From NCBI GenBank assembly GCA_951406725.2, contig OX597822.1, positions 78,988,001 through 79,052,000 of the forward strand: 64,000 nucleotides of DNA, given 5' to 3'. The notes below the pieces were generated by a model, which did no database searches, had not been told where the DNA came from, and was given only the letters and a program-made list of their open reading frames with translations. The stretch comes from Octopus vulgaris. Lineage: Eukaryota. This document shows, piece by piece, positions 1 to 14,047 of the stretch. The first letter of the stretch is position 1; each line of letters starts with the position of its first letter. The position numbers and the translations under genes were made by a program.

Positions 1-389
1 CCCTATTTTTAGCCTTTCCACTAATTGCTATGTGTATTTTTCAGAGATGAAAGTTCCATCAGTGGAGCTTTTGTCTGTAAGTGGAGAAAGGAAAGCTTCA
101 AAAACAAACCTCTCTTGACTAGTAAGTAATATTTCTATTGGAAAAGTTGAGGAGAAAACCCTCTGATATACAACATCTGGTTCAAATAGTCTCTGACCAC
201 TCTACACTTGTTTGTCATTAGATACTTAAATAATAGATCACATGTTATACAATCATACATACAAATATATTTGTAAATCTATATGTATATATGCATACAT
301 GTGTGTATGTGCATGCAGTGGAGGTGCAACTGAAGGCAATCAGAGATTAAATCAATTAAAATACACTACAAAGACCACCACAAGTTCAT

Positions 390-660
390 ATCCTTGTTGC
401 AGTGTGGTGGCTTGTGTGCCTCAATGATCCCGAAAGTTATACTGGAGTGTAAGCTCTTGGTAAGGCCTCCCATTCTGGACAGGTCAAAGGACAGAAGTCA
501 GACTAATCTAATATGCACCATTTCTTCCCAGAGTTAAAATGGGTTTGTGTAGGACCAACAAGACTAGGGAGAAGAAACAGAAAAGACAGCCTAGAGTTGA
601 GAACAGCAGAGAAAAGTCCTCGATGGCTTGTGCTCCATAGAGAATGAAGAGCTTCAGTAC
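390..660 (+). mobile_element. Internally deleted RTE-derived non-autonomous retroposon
   Basis: Start ccttgttgcagtgtggtggcttgtgtgcctcaatgatcccg...gctcttggtaaggcctcccat resembles RTE 5' UTRs; end ggcttgtgctccatagagaatgaagagc resembles RTE 3' tails (recognition from memory). Confidence 0.5.
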
Positions 661-1619
661 ATAGTAAGTATACTACAAAGGATAAAAAGTTAAAAAGAAA
701 ACAAAACATGATGAGTTTAATAGCTTAGTAAATTTCAAATTGCTAAAATAACTTGTCTCACAAACTTAACATTTTTCATAATTATTAATAACGTCAGAAA
801 CTTAAACAACTCATTTAATACAAATATAAATAAAGTTAGAAGCATACAAAGAAGAAAAACGAAAATAATACAAGTAAAACTAGAGCTCATTAAAATAAAG
901 AACTGTAATATAGGCATAATATATGTGCAAAGCCATAGAGAGGTTATAGTTAGTTACATTGAGTTTAATAAATAACTGGGATTTAGTTTATTGAACACTG
1001 GAAGGATGGAAAAAAGACTCAATGTCAGTACAAATGATTTGAAAGAGAACATAAGACATAACTGAATACAGTAATTTATTGAGTCTACTATTCATCCATT
1101 AATCTTGAAAATAATAATATTGAGTAAACAAGAGAGACTCTAAATAGTCACCTGACCATGTACAAGCTCTCTCATTGGCTCAACATGCCTTATTATTTTC
1201 ATGGATAAAATTTCAGCCAAATCTCTTTCAAATTACAATCTTACTTTAAAAAGACAAAAACACAATAGATAATGTAGTCCTAGATAGCTTTAAACACACA
1301 AGGTAATTATGGGCTGAATAACTTAGATCATAGGTCTTGAATAGGATTGACATAGGAGTCAAAAAAAACATAAGACATGGTAACATAATTGCAGTATGGA
1401 CAAGAGTATCAAATGAAACATCAAAATAGACACACTTACTGCATCAAGGATATTAGTTGTTCCTAGGGCATAGCGCAGCATATCAGGTCTGGTAAGGTTA
1501 AGGGGTTTGTACTGAAAAATAGATAAAATAAATATAAGTGTCATAGACCACAGAGTTGTAGTAAGGAGGATAGGTAGCACTGAAGAAAGAAACACCTCAT
1601 CTCCATGAAGTGCCTTTAG

Positions 1620-1866
1620 CAGTGGCTATCAACTCGGGTCCATACAACCCTTGGGAATCTACAGAAGATTCCAATTCTTAAAATATGTGTGTAATAAATT
1701 GGTTATACTCTTACAATACACAAAAATATTTTAACTTTTTTTTATACAATTTCTTATGATATTTAATTATAAAAAGAATTTTTTAAACACTGAATGGCTA
1801 TGAAGGTCCATCCAAATAAAATGGGAATCAAAGGGTCACTAGGTAAAAACCAGTTGAGAACCACTG
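1620..1866. mobile_element. hAT-like MITE
   Basis: Terminal inverted repeats cagtggctatcaact / agttgagaaccactg (Charlie/MER5-type CAGTGG termini); related pieces near 10555-10680 and 37500-37604. Confidence 0.65.
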
Positions 1867-2693
1867 CTTTAGGGTAAGTCAGACTGGTAGATCCCATCAT
1901 TCTCACAGCAACACATATATAGCAAAATTTGAACTCAGTTCTGTAAATCTGTGGACACTTCACCATTTATACAGAGCTACCACCGCTGCTATCTCCTCAT
2001 TTACATATGAGCCATTTTGAAGAGTGTCTTGGCCTAAAATAAAGTACATCAGCTAGTTCATTCCTATGTATCAACATCCTATCAACATGGTCAGTAGTAG
2101 CTCTTATTGCCATCGTTATTTAACATCTACTTTTCCATGCTTGCAAGGGTTGAGTGGAATATACACTGAGGCAGATATTTTTACAGATGGTTGCTCCTCA
2201 CGTCACCAACCTTCACCTGCTTCCAAGCCAAGTAATACTTACCACTGGTCAGACATGTTTTTCACGGAAGACTGGAAATGACAGTGATGCTCATTTACAA
2301 CCATATCAAGACAAGGGTACACACAAACATCATACTCATTCACATATATATGTATATAACATACTTTCACACAGTTTCCATCTATCAAATCCACTCACAA
2401 GACTTTGGTTGGCCTGGGGCTATAGTAGAAGACACTTGACCCAAGTGCTGCACTGCAGGACTGAACCCAAGGCCATGTGGTCATCATCATGAAGAAATTA
2501 CTTAGGGTCAATCAACAGCTCAAAACAAATTTTAGTACATTGCCAAACAAATAGACTGTAAACATCTCTAGAAGTCATTCGGTAAAGGAACTAGATACAA
2601 GTCAAGGCCAAATGAAAACAAATAGGTCTAAATATTTCAAAATCTACTTTTGACCATTCTTTGCTGAAGACAGACAGACAGTTAAATTTTATT

Positions 2694-3082
2694 TACTGTA
2701 TTTCATGGCATATTAGATGCACCCCATTTTCAGCACTGCATATTCAAGGCAAAAGTAGTTTATAGTGCATTAAGCCTTTAACATTCGGTGTGCTTGTGTC
2801 TCTCTAACAGAGAGAAGGGTTTATTCTATCAAATGTACTGCTTATTCATTGACATTGCTTTGAATTAATCATGCATTGTGTTGTAGCTACAAAATTTTGA
2901 CAATGTGATTACTATTCCTAGAACAACATGGTAGGGTAGGTGTGAGACACTGGATCTGACTGGTCTGAGTGTAAAACAGGTTGACTATTTGAGCCAGATA
3001 TGGCGACTTTAAATTGTTAACTTTTGAGCCTTTTTTTTTTTTTGTGGGGTGGAGATCATCTGATATATCATCAAATATGGCA
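2694..3082. mobile_element. Tc2/pogo-like non-autonomous DNA element interrupted by another MITE
   Basis: Left end tactgtatttcatggcatattagatgcacccc and right end atctgatatatcatcaaatatggca are degenerate inverted copies of a TACCGTATTT-type terminus. Confidence 0.45.
2770..3020. mobile_element. piggyBac-like MITE (degenerate)
   Basis: Begins ttaa-gcctttaacatt, ends tttaaattg-ttaa; TTAA at both ends. Confidence 0.45.
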
Positions 3083-3101
3083 CTTTCTGGATCATACTTA
3101 C

Positions 3102-3161
3102 AACTGATGAGTCAAAAATAAGAGCCAACTTCACTTCAACATTAATATCTCCACGGGAGTT
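3102..3161 (-). CDS. ADAM-family protein, start of reprolysin (metalloprotease-like) domain
   Basis: Long pyrimidine tract ttttcttttttgcctacAG, donor GTT|GTAAGT; 60 nt, phase 0 to 0; NSRGDINVEVKLALIFDSSV fits the first beta strand of M12B domains (Y/V-I/V-E/K-L-x-L-V/I-x-D); gene continues left of the window. Confidence 0.87.
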
Positions 3162-3833
3162 CTGTAGGCAAAAAAGAAAAAAGAAAAACTGAAAGGAACT
3201 TTAAAAACACCTTCCACAAAAAAAAAAAAAAATTGATGGACAATCAATAATAATAATGGTTTAAATTTTAAGGAATGCATATTGTCAGTTTGATCAATCC
3301 AAGTACAACACTGACCATCTGGACACTGACAGTTTAGAACCTCTTATAACTTGCACCAATTTACACTAATGAGCAAGTACCTGTATTTAATCATTCAAAA
3401 TTTAATACTTGTTTAATTTAGAATGGGTTGACCAAGGTGACCATAGCTGGTTTGTAAAAATCAGTAATCCAGAAAGGCTTTAGAACCAAAGGTTTCAGAA
3501 AATCAATGTTGTACCTGTACTTGCTTTATCACCCCCAAAGAATGAAAAGCACAACAGACTTTGGTGACATTTGAACTCAGAAATGTAAAGGCATTTTGTT
3601 TACTGCTCTGTCATATTTGTCATTCCTCCCCAACACTTAATAAAAACATTTTCTAATATTGGAACTCAATCACAAAGTTTAAATGTTGGGCACATTTAAT
3701 TGAATCAATCCTACAGTTTGACTACTGTCTGAAAATTATAATATTAATAATAAGAATTTATGAAGAGTTGTTTAATAAAGAAGTTGTTGCTTTAGAATTA
3801 TTAAAGAAGTAACAACACTGTCAACAAATTTAC

Positions 3834-3919
3834 CTGCTGGGTTCGTAAGTTCTTCAGTCGGCGGGCAAATTCTCCTCGATGGAGTTCATTGTAAGGCAAC
3901 CAGTGGCTTCGTGTATTTC
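3834..3919 (-). CDS. ADAM-family protein, end-of-prodomain exon
   Basis: Acceptor ttattttcataAG, donor CAG|GTAAAT; 86 nt, phase 1 to 0; the only open frame is the one required by the flanking exons: (G)NTRSHWLPYNELHRGEFARRLKNLRTQQ; GC/CpG richer than flanks. Confidence 0.87.
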
Positions 3920-4289
3920 CTTATGAAAATAAATATGGATTAATAAAATACAGAAAGCAGGTATGGTATACTATGCTTTATAAACATACACATGGTTCAT
4001 AATTTACAGGCAGGATTGCATAATTATAGTGAAACATCATATAATCTTGTTAAAACACCTCATCAGTGTTCAGTAGTGTGTGTGTGTGTGTGTGTGCATG
4101 TGCATGAGTGTGTGTCCATAGCCATCATCACAAGTGAATATGACTAAGAATGTACCATGCTTTTGCTAATTGCTTTAGATAACCATGAAGTCATGACACA
4201 CCTCTCCAACCGTGACCCACTGAAACATCATGAACAGACAGTTGAGAGAAAATTGCACCAGAGGGCAGATGATACTCATTTTCAAATGA

Positions 4290-5030
4290 GTAAACTGGAG
4301 TAAAATGAAGTAATTTCATCAAAGACATCTCTTTGCTTCTAACCAGTTTTGATCTTAAAAATGGTGATGTCAGTACATTTGATAGCACTGTACATTGTAG
4401 GTTGTTATAATGAGAGCAAATAATGACAAGAAATTTTGGTGGAATGTCAAGTTCTTGAAGTATTTTTGACAGTGTTTTCCTGCATATGCTGTCAATAATC
4501 TTGATCAGAGCAGGTGACTTATTGTGGCTCTTGGCTTTTTCTTGTAATTGATGAGTGGCAAAAATTATGTCCATAACAAAATTGATTCTGTGACTTGAGT
4601 ACAGATTTAGTTATTGGTTGGAGACATTCTAACAAGATCCTTGCAAAGATTTTTCCAGCATTTGAGAAGGGCAAAATTCCTCTAAAGTTGCCACAATCCA
4701 CTTGATATCCATTCTTGAAGATTGTCACAAAACCTCCTTTAAGTCAAAGCTTCTTGTCTCTCCCAGATGAGGAGATGATCCAAATGGGTAACCAGTAATT
4801 GCCTGCCTTTTTTGGAAAATTTTGACAGGAATGTTGTTTGGCCCTGGAGAGACTTGTTATTCTTCCTTTTACAAATGGCTGTTTGAACTTCAGTGTTAGT
4901 TGGAGGACATTTAAGCTCAAGACAAAAAGAAAACTGCGGAATCTGCTCACCATCAGCTGAACAGCATTGATGTAAGCTGGATGATCAAGAAGAATTCAAA
5001 AATGTCCTGTCCAGTGGCTAAGAATAACAG
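4290..5030 (-). pseudogene. Decayed RTE-clade LINE reverse transcriptase fragment
   Basis: Overlapping frameshifted ORFs give TIFKNG..DCGNFRGI...AGKIFARILL.CL, DIIFATHQLQEK, ..LSKILQELDIPPKFL.II.S.YNNLQCTV: RT subdomains typical of RTE/BovB. Confidence 0.88.
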
Positions 5031-6051
5031 GTTCATATATACATATACCTTACAAATTATTCAGTGACCCCACTGCTGCTGGTGCCACATAAAAAACACC
5101 CAGTCCAAGTGGTTAGCATTAGGAAAGGCATCCAGCTATAGAAAATATGCCAAAGCAGACAGTAGAGCTTGGCATAGTCTTCTTACATGCTGACACCTGT
5201 CAAATCATCCAATCCATACCAGCATGGAAAACAGCCGTTAAATGAAAATATACATTATATAAATATACATGTGAATAAATACATATATACACACACATGT
5301 ATACATGTATCTATTTTTATATATATATATGTGTGTGTGTGTTTGTAATGGATCGGATTCATAAATAGGTTTTCTCGATATCATGTTCAAAATCCAGAGA
5401 TGGAGCATGTACACTGATGACAGTGATGAGATTTCTCCATATGTGCCTGTGAACATGAGTTTGACTGTATGTGTGTATGTTGGGAGGGGGGGAGGTCCAA
5501 GGCCATAACACCAAATTATAAACACACTGTGAACTTGATAACACTCATCTATTATCTTGTTTCCCTTCCACCTCCCAAAGTTACTGAATAAATATTCTTT
5601 TTATCAACAATGGCTGTTTGTGTCATGATTCACTTTGAACTAAAACAAAAGTAATTCTGTAAAGGTCAGTTAATAAAAAAATCTATCAGTCTACTTCCTG
5701 ATGTATCAAGTATTTTATTTGTATCTATAAGGTTGGCAATAAAGAACTAAGACACACACACACACAATCTATGTTGTGTTATGTTACATGGTAGCATACA
5801 TATGTCTAGTCGGTGCCAATATGGAGAGATGATTGTAAAAATAATGATGATGATGATGGTGTTGGAACCACCAACATTGATAGTAGTGAGGACAAAGACA
5901 ATGGACAGTGTGCTTTCATTATTTGATTTCCGAGTGACAATGTTTTTTTATTGGCAAAAATGAATATTTATGATCATCTGTCTATATACATGTGTATGTA
6001 TGTGTATACAAACATATGCATATAAGTGTATATATGTATATGTATGTAGTA

Positions 6052-6104
<53 letters not shown>

Positions 6105-6781
6105 ATACATACATTTATATAAATATTTTCTGATCTCTTAACAGCTTTGTTATACTGCTGTTCTCCATCCACCCCCACCCCGTACAGCTACTTGGCCCAT
6201 CTCTTATCTTCTTCCTCCATTACTGATTGATATTTTCCACTGACCACACTTCCACCCTTGTACATTATTCACTACATTACCTTCCAGTTTCATCCCAAAC
6301 CACCTACCACTCTCCTCCCTGTCCATATTCTCTTTTACACTCACCTTTTTGTACCTTGACACTATGCTCCATCACCAATTCACTAACATCTCTATCTCCC
6401 TTCCAGCTATTCCCACTCACCCCTATATAACGTGAGACAGTCATGTATCTCTTCCATACAGCAAGATCTCATTGTCCTTGTCATATTTTAACCTCTCAAC
6501 ACCTGGCTTAAAGTCACCTATATAATATCCCCACTCAGGTGAGATGAGTTCTTTTCTTTGTCATGCTAGTTACATAGTGACCTCCTTCATCCCAGTGTCA
6601 TGAGAAAAGCACACAGTGCAATCTGTAAACTGGTTGATGTTAAGAAGGGCATCCAACCATAGAAACCATGCCAAAGCAGACATTTTGAGCACGATGCCAT
6701 ACTCTGGCTCATTGGATCCTGTCAAATCGTTTAACCCATGCCAGCAGGAAAGATGGATGTTAAATAATTATATATATATAT

Positions 6782-6832
<51 letters not shown>

Positions 6833-8599
6833 CATACACACACAAACACAATTGTATATTTGTATGCATGTGTTCACACGCACACACACACACAATCTCT
6901 TTATGTGTGTACACACAAATGCACATAATCATTAATATTAATGTTTCCCAATAAAAACCATTCTCCCAGAAATCAAGTAGTGTAAGCACACACAATATAC
7001 ATTGTCTTTGTCACCACTGCCATCAATGTTGGTGATAGCAGCATCATCACCATTACCACCACTACCACCACCACCACCACCACCACCATCGTCAGCGTCA
7101 TCCATCTATATTGGCACAGACTGGACATGTTTTATAGTTCAGTATATATCATTCGTCTCAATCCTGTGTCACACTGTCACACTGTCATACATGAAAATTA
7201 CCATTCTCAAAGTAGACTCATTCTTCATTGTTGAGAAAAAACTAACAAAGTTGCCTTTATGTGGTCTCGACCTGTTAGAAATAGTAACTCAATACCCCTT
7301 AAAACATGTGCTTCCATTAAAAAAAAAAAAACAAGGAAAGAAACATTGGATAATGTAGTCTGAGATAATGTCTGTAACAGAAACATCAGGATGGTCATGA
7401 CTGTAATGCATTTTGAGCATTACAGGGCTGACCTAGGGCTAAACTACACCTTCATCAATTAGGCTCTGTTGCCACTCACGCTTTCTCTCTTTGCCACAAA
7501 TAAATTCTACTGCCAACACTCAATGCACATCAACACGTCATTGCTTCAGATCACATCTTATTGTCCAAGCAAAAACAGATATGTGTGATTAAGGGGTTCT
7601 TAGGAATTCTATCTATTGGCCTGTGACTAGTGTGGAAAGTGTCTGGGGGCTGCACAACAAATTCCAGTCTGTGTCTGAGATGTTCCGTTTAGGAGTCATT
7701 TGCCAACTCAAAGTAAAAGACCTTTTCTGTCTTTTACACTTCGCAGTCAAAGAACATTGCTTCCGTAAACCCACTGAACAACTGGAAAAATGGACATATT
7801 AAGATGATGATGACAATGATGATGTAATGACTGGAATTTCCTTTGATTACAGGCCTGTCCAATCAGGACCGATCTGAAGATAGAGCTAAACAACAACAAC
7901 AACAGTAGCAGCAATAGTTTTTACATAGAATAACAGCCAATGAGGGAATTTCAACATGGTCAATCACTCTCTTAGAAAAAGCAGCTAGATTTCTTTTCAA
8001 CTCACATCCTACCATCCTAAATGAAGAAGTACACATTGGATGATGTAGTCCTAAATAGACTATATCCGAGAATAAGATAGAATGGTTATGCACTGGAATG
8101 TCATTGATCATAAATATGCTGATTCATCATTGACCTGGGGCTAAACAACATGCCATATACTGCTAGAATCATGAACAGTAAGACACATGCAACAAAGTAT
8201 CGAGAGCTAAGCACAAACTGCCCTGTTGCTATTCTCAAAAACTCTTACAATGATACAAGTATTCATGTTTATTGATATTTGAAGATCACAATATAAAGAA
8301 AAGATGTTAGAAATATCTTCTTGGAAGAACCTGAAGAAACATTTTTCCAAATATAGAGACCCAAAAATAGAAATATGAGAGAAGCACAATGAAGGGGCTG
8401 AAGACACAAACAATACTAAAAATATAATCCAGTGATGGTAGTGTTGGGGGTGGTTATGGCAATGTGCTAAAGGGTGTAATGGTGAATATTATAAATATAC
8501 AATTTGACAAGATAGGAGGACTGCTCCGACTAGCACAACTTTGTTTATGAACTGCAACATCCATATCCTTTGAGGAAAACTAGCATGGCAATCAACTCA

Positions 8600-8691
8600 C
8601 ACACATGTGCATGAGTGTATATACCTACATGGGTATGTGTGTACAAATATATGTATGTATATATATATATATGTGCATATATATGTATGTA

Positions 8692-8732
<41 letters not shown>

Positions 8733-8858
8733 ATATATGTATTATGTATGTATATATATGTATGTATGTATGTGTGTGTGTATATATATATATGCATATG
8801 TATGTATGTGTATATTTATATGAATGTGTATATATGTATGTATATATATGTATGTATG

Positions 8859-8890
<32 letters not shown>

Positions 8891-8946
8891 TATATGCATA
8901 TGTATGTATGTGTATATTTATATGAATGTGTATATATGTATGTATA

Positions 8947-8991
<45 letters not shown>

Positions 8992-9038
8992 GTATGTATG
9001 TAAATATATGTATATATATATATGTATGTAAATATATG

Positions 9039-9110
<72 letters not shown>
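8600..9110. repeat. Compound (TA)/(TG)/(TATG) microsatellite with an internal ~102-bp tandem duplication
   Basis: tatgcatatgtatgtatgtgtatatttatatgaatgtg occurs at ~8791 and ~8893. Confidence 0.9.
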
Positions 9111-10804
9111 GCGTACAGCAAATGAAAAGGAAAATGCAATGCACTTGAACATTAAGCTGAGCTTGGTATTACAACAAACATGCAATATTATGAGTTAATG
9201 CTGATGATAATAATGACGGTGATGACAACGACGATGATGATGACAACAATGACGATGATGGTTTCTTACATGACAAGAATAACCAAAAAATAGATGTCCT
9301 ACTGACAATCCCATATCTTCTTAGCATTCGTTCTTTCAAGATAATTGTTCCGTGTGTGTATGTGCATCTGTGGGAGTATGTAAATGCGTATGTGTGAGTA
9401 TGTGTGTGTGTGTGTGTGTGTGTGCATTTGTGCAAAGTGAATGTGTATATGAATGTATGTGAGTATGCAAGTATAATGTATGTACCATCTATAGACAGGG
9501 ACATGTAAGCTTCAATAAGTCTAATGGTTTTCCATTCTGCTGACAACTGGAGGCTGGTGAGGTGGCGTGAGAGTAGTTGAAAGATACAGAGGTGGAGAAA
9601 GGAAAAGACAAAGAGGAAGAGAATAAACAGAAAAAGGAGATGAACAGAGAGAGAGAGAGACAGAATGAGCGATGTGTGTGTGTGTGTGTGTATGAGATAG
9701 AGATGTATCATGAGAGAGAGAGAGAGGAGGTGTGGAGGGCAAGATGAAATGAGTAAGTTGCAGGGATAGAGGTAATGAAAGACAGAGAAATGAGTAAGTA
9801 AAGAACGAGATCAAAGTCAAGGAGAGAGAATGGTTAAAATATGGTTTTGACTGGAAGACAGTTTAATGATAGAATAAAAGCACGAGAGTTGAAGTGGATT
9901 GGATTGGCGGAAGGGTTAAGGTAATAAAACTTTAGACCTATGTTAGCTCAGTGATCAGAATAGTATTACTTTATTATTATTATTAATAATAATAATAAGA
10001 AGAAATCAGGGGGATGGTTTGGAGGAGGAGAAGATAGGGAGGGTCTGAAAGAAATAGCTGATGCAGCTAGAGTGCAAAAATAATGGCACTACACTATTGG
10101 AGAATTTTGGTCAGTGGATGGATGTCATCTCCATTCTGAGTTTGAACCCAAGGTTAGAGGTCAAAATTTGCCTTTCATTCCTATAGCATCAATGAAATAA
10201 TCCAAGACATTATTATTAATGTAGTTGATGAAATGTGATGCCATGTTTGTGTTTTGTTAGCCTCTGTTCTGAGTTCAAATCTAAGCTGAGGTCTACACTG
10301 TCTTTCATCCTCTTAAATGTATGTAAAAATTATCCAGGAATGGCTGTATGGTTAAGAAGCATGCTGTGCAACCATGTGGTTTTATGTTTGAGTCCCACTG
10401 CGCAGAACCTTAGCAAGTGTCTTCCACTAAAGCTTCCAAACACCAATGTCTTGTGAATCAAATTGCTAGACAGAAACTGAGTGGAAGCCTATCGTGCATG
10501 TGTGTGTGTGTATGATTATTCAGTTTATTTCAAGATTTCTTGTCAATAAAGAACCGGTTTCTAACCTAGATCCATACAACACTTTAGGGTCCACTTGAGA
10601 TTTTATGGTTAAAATTCATGCACAATAAATCAGTGATATTTCTACAACACACAAAATAATATTTAATTATATTCATTTATTTGTTTCAGTCATTTGCCTG
10701 CAGCCATACTGGAGCATTGCCTTGAGGCCCAACGCTCAAAGGGAGCTCAGCCTCTTTGCCTCCGTGAGGCCCAACATTGGTTAGTCATTCAAAGTCTATG
10801 GTAT

Positions 10805-10990
10805 CTATAATGTCTACTTGTATATAAGTCAAGCTCACATATAAGTTGCATCCTGATTTAGTGTTAAATTTTAGTAAAACAATTTTTTACCTAAATAGTT
10901 ATAGCTTTCCCTATGTATAAGTCACATTTAATTTTTTTCAGTTAAAATCATGTATGAAATAGTGTGACTTATGCATAAGTATATATGGTA
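10805..10990. mobile_element. Tc2/pogo-like MITE remnant
   Basis: Repeated tataagtc(a/g)ca subterminal motifs and right end gtgtgacttatgcataagtatatatggta. Confidence 0.4.
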
Positions 10991-11198
10991 ATTATGGCTT
11001 AGTAGAAAGGAGGTTTGAGATTGAAGTACCTATGTTATAGACATAACACAGATACAATGACCATATCTGAACAGCTGATCTCATTCAAGACATCATGCAA
11101 AAACAAAAGAACTAGTTGTAATGATTATGCATGGTGCATGCTGTTTGCACTAAAGAAAAAAAGAAAAGACCAAGGAAAATAAGTTTTCATGTACATAC

Positions 11199-11253
11199 CA
11201 CAGCGTTCCTCCTCTGAGTGAGTTGCTTGAAATACAACATGAGGGTGATTGAG
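11199..11253 (-). CDS. ADAM-family protein, prodomain exon with HPH motif and cysteine-switch-position Cys
   Basis: Acceptor ctctttgtctttttcAG, donor GTG|GTATGT; 55 nt, phase 0 to 1; LNHPHVVFQATHSEEERC(G). Confidence 0.92.
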
Positions 11254-13029
11254 CTGAAAAAGACAAAGAGATGGAAATCAACAAGTATTTATAATATACA
11301 CAGACACACATATTTGTATGTATGCAGAGTACTGTTATATTTATTCAGTAGTAGTGGTAGAAGTGGTATTACCATCAGGGATTATGCTAAAGAAACAAAA
11401 TTAAGTTCAGTTTTAGACTATTTAGTAGGTTTAATTCATTGCCTGGCTTAACAATATCACCCAGCTCTTTGATGCTCTTTGAAGGTAGTGATGAGGTGTT
11501 AGAACACACTCTCAAAGAACATGGTGAGCAAAAGCGAAGATAGAGACAATGAATCAGGATTGGTGGGAGGAGGAGAAAGAAGGAGGGGGGTAGTTTCATA
11601 AGAGTGAAAGAGGATAACAAATGGTTAACGATGGAGGTGGGGGAATCAAGGTGAAATGTAGTGAATGATACATAAGAGTGGAAATATGGTTGAAAGGAAA
11701 CACCAGTATGGAGGGGAGGGTAAGGGGAGAGAAAGACATACAAATGGCTTATGAAGGAGGTTAGATCAGAGAGCAGAGGGATGATGTGCAAGGCGTAGTA
11801 GTGGTGAAGAGGGAGATGTAGAGGTCCATAAGGATGGTTATAGTGAGTGGGGCATAATGGCAGATATGAGAGAGAGCATATATATATATGTATGTGTGTG
11901 TGTGTGTGTGAGTATGATGTGTATGTGTTTCTGTTTTGATATCTGATGACCGTTGTGTCACTGTCATACAACAGTGTCAATCATTTGCAATACTCTATGA
12001 AATATTGTCCAGCCAGAAGGAATTATTACTTTGCTTGGAAAAATGTGAGAGTTGGTGACAAGAAGGGCATCTGGATGTAGAAAATTTGCCTCAGTAACAG
12101 CCATCTGACCCATGCAAGCATGGAAAGATGGATGTGATGAGACTTTACATACACACACCGAGACACACACACATGCATGCAATAAGCTCTGAGATTTTGT
12201 CTACCAAATCTGCTCACAAGACTTTGGTCAGCTTTGATAGACATCAGTATTCTGAAAGTATTATTTGTGATATGCCGGTGCTTAACCCTAGCTTTATAGT
12301 GTTGAGATAATGAGAAATAAATCTCATTCAGAACAGGTCAGCTAATGAAGTATCTGCAGATGGTTTGAACCTAGGATGATAGGATGAGGTTTCATGGAAA
12401 TAAAGCTGTTATGTCTAAAAGGTCAAGTGACCATATAGAGGCTCGCGCATTGGGTTTGCATATTAACGATAATAGTGACTGTAGTAGTAGTGTTAACAAT
12501 GGTTGTAGTGGGAAGCAGGGAAGGTGAAGTGTTGATGATAGTTAATTTAGCAAACAATAGTTTTATTAAAACATCTCTGAAAGGGGTCACACAACAATTC
12601 TTGATTAGTAAGCAATTAGTGGAGTGATTCCAGTGAGGTGTTTAGGATGGCAAGAGCAGGAAATATAGGTTTCACAGGCAAGGAACACGATATTCTCTTT
12701 CATGTTCTTGGGTGGGTGGGAGAGAGAGAGAGCAAGCAAAGATAAACAAACACAGAAAGAAAGAAAGAATTGAACTAATGACTGAATTTTTATTACAGAA
12801 AAGAAAATTCTGGATATGGCATATTTCAGTGTACCTTGATCTAATTAATGTTTTTGTAGTCTTCTAGAAATTACTTTCTCCACTGAGTGTGGATGTTTGT
12901 GTGTGTACATGCATACATACATGCAAGATCACACACCCACACCCTCACACACAAATGTACAAACAAGACATAAAAGTAGCCTAGACAATTCATAAACATA
13001 TATTTTCAATTACTGCCAGTTCACTATCT

Positions 13030-13086
13030 CTCTGTGCATATGAATGTATGTGTATATGAATGCATGTATGTGCATATGAATGCATG

Positions 13087-13117
<31 letters not shown>

Positions 13118-13265
13118 GTGCACACATACACACATATATACACACACACTATATATACACACACACACATATATATATATATACACACACACACACATAT
13201 ATATATATACACACACACACATATATACACACACACATATATATATACATACATACATACATAGA

Positions 13266-13301
<36 letters not shown>

Positions 13302-13507
13302 TATATACATATAAATATATGTAAGCAATAATAAATCTCTGAGCGAGGTATACATACATATATATATACATACACGCATGTATGTATGTGCATACACATA
13401 GTGTGTGTACGTGAATATACACACACAAATGTGTGTAGTACAGTTGTGCATACTATTTGCAGATATATACACAATGATAGATGTGTGGTTCATGTATGAA
13501 TATTGAA

Positions 13508-13549
<42 letters not shown>

Positions 13550-13550
13550 T
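13030..13550. repeat. Compound (TA)/(CA)/(TACA) microsatellite
   Basis: Directly visible; source of the YI/HT/CV-rich ORFs. Confidence 0.9.
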
Positions 13551-14047
13551 GCTTGCTATAATTTTATTTCATATTAATTTGATTTTAGGTTTTGCAAGTA
13601 ATTAAACATGTTTTCAATTTTAATTAACAATTGTTTCTATTTTATATTTTTCTTCTCAAACTATCCAATTATTAATAAAACAATTTCTTTAAATTAGAAA
13701 CAGGAATGCAACATCAACAAAACAATTCTAGATGCACACCATGTGTGTGTGTGTGTGTGTATTTTGAACATCATAGTATTAAAACATAGACAGATGTGCA
13801 ATCCTCGTCCCCATGCACACCCAAAAAAGTACAAAAATAATGAACATATATAAACAGGCACACACACACACATATATCACATGTATCAATTGTGGAAACA
13901 AACACATATATATTTCAATGCACCTGATATAAGCTACACACGTAAACACACAAATTTGTATATACAGACAAGATACATAAATAACAGCATCATTTAGTTC
14001 TGTATAAATTTACAAATCCGCAAGCCTTTCATATATATATATATATA

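Noticed and set aside
735-917. Hydrophobic AT-rich ORF, possible NUMT
   Set aside because: No recognisable mitochondrial protein motif in any frame I checked
8545-9185. Long ORFs of 138-199 aa rich in Y/I/H/T/C/V/M
   Set aside because: Translations of dinucleotide microsatellites that lack stops; the same applies to 13010-13493, 6616-6995, 55766-56311 and 62265-62577
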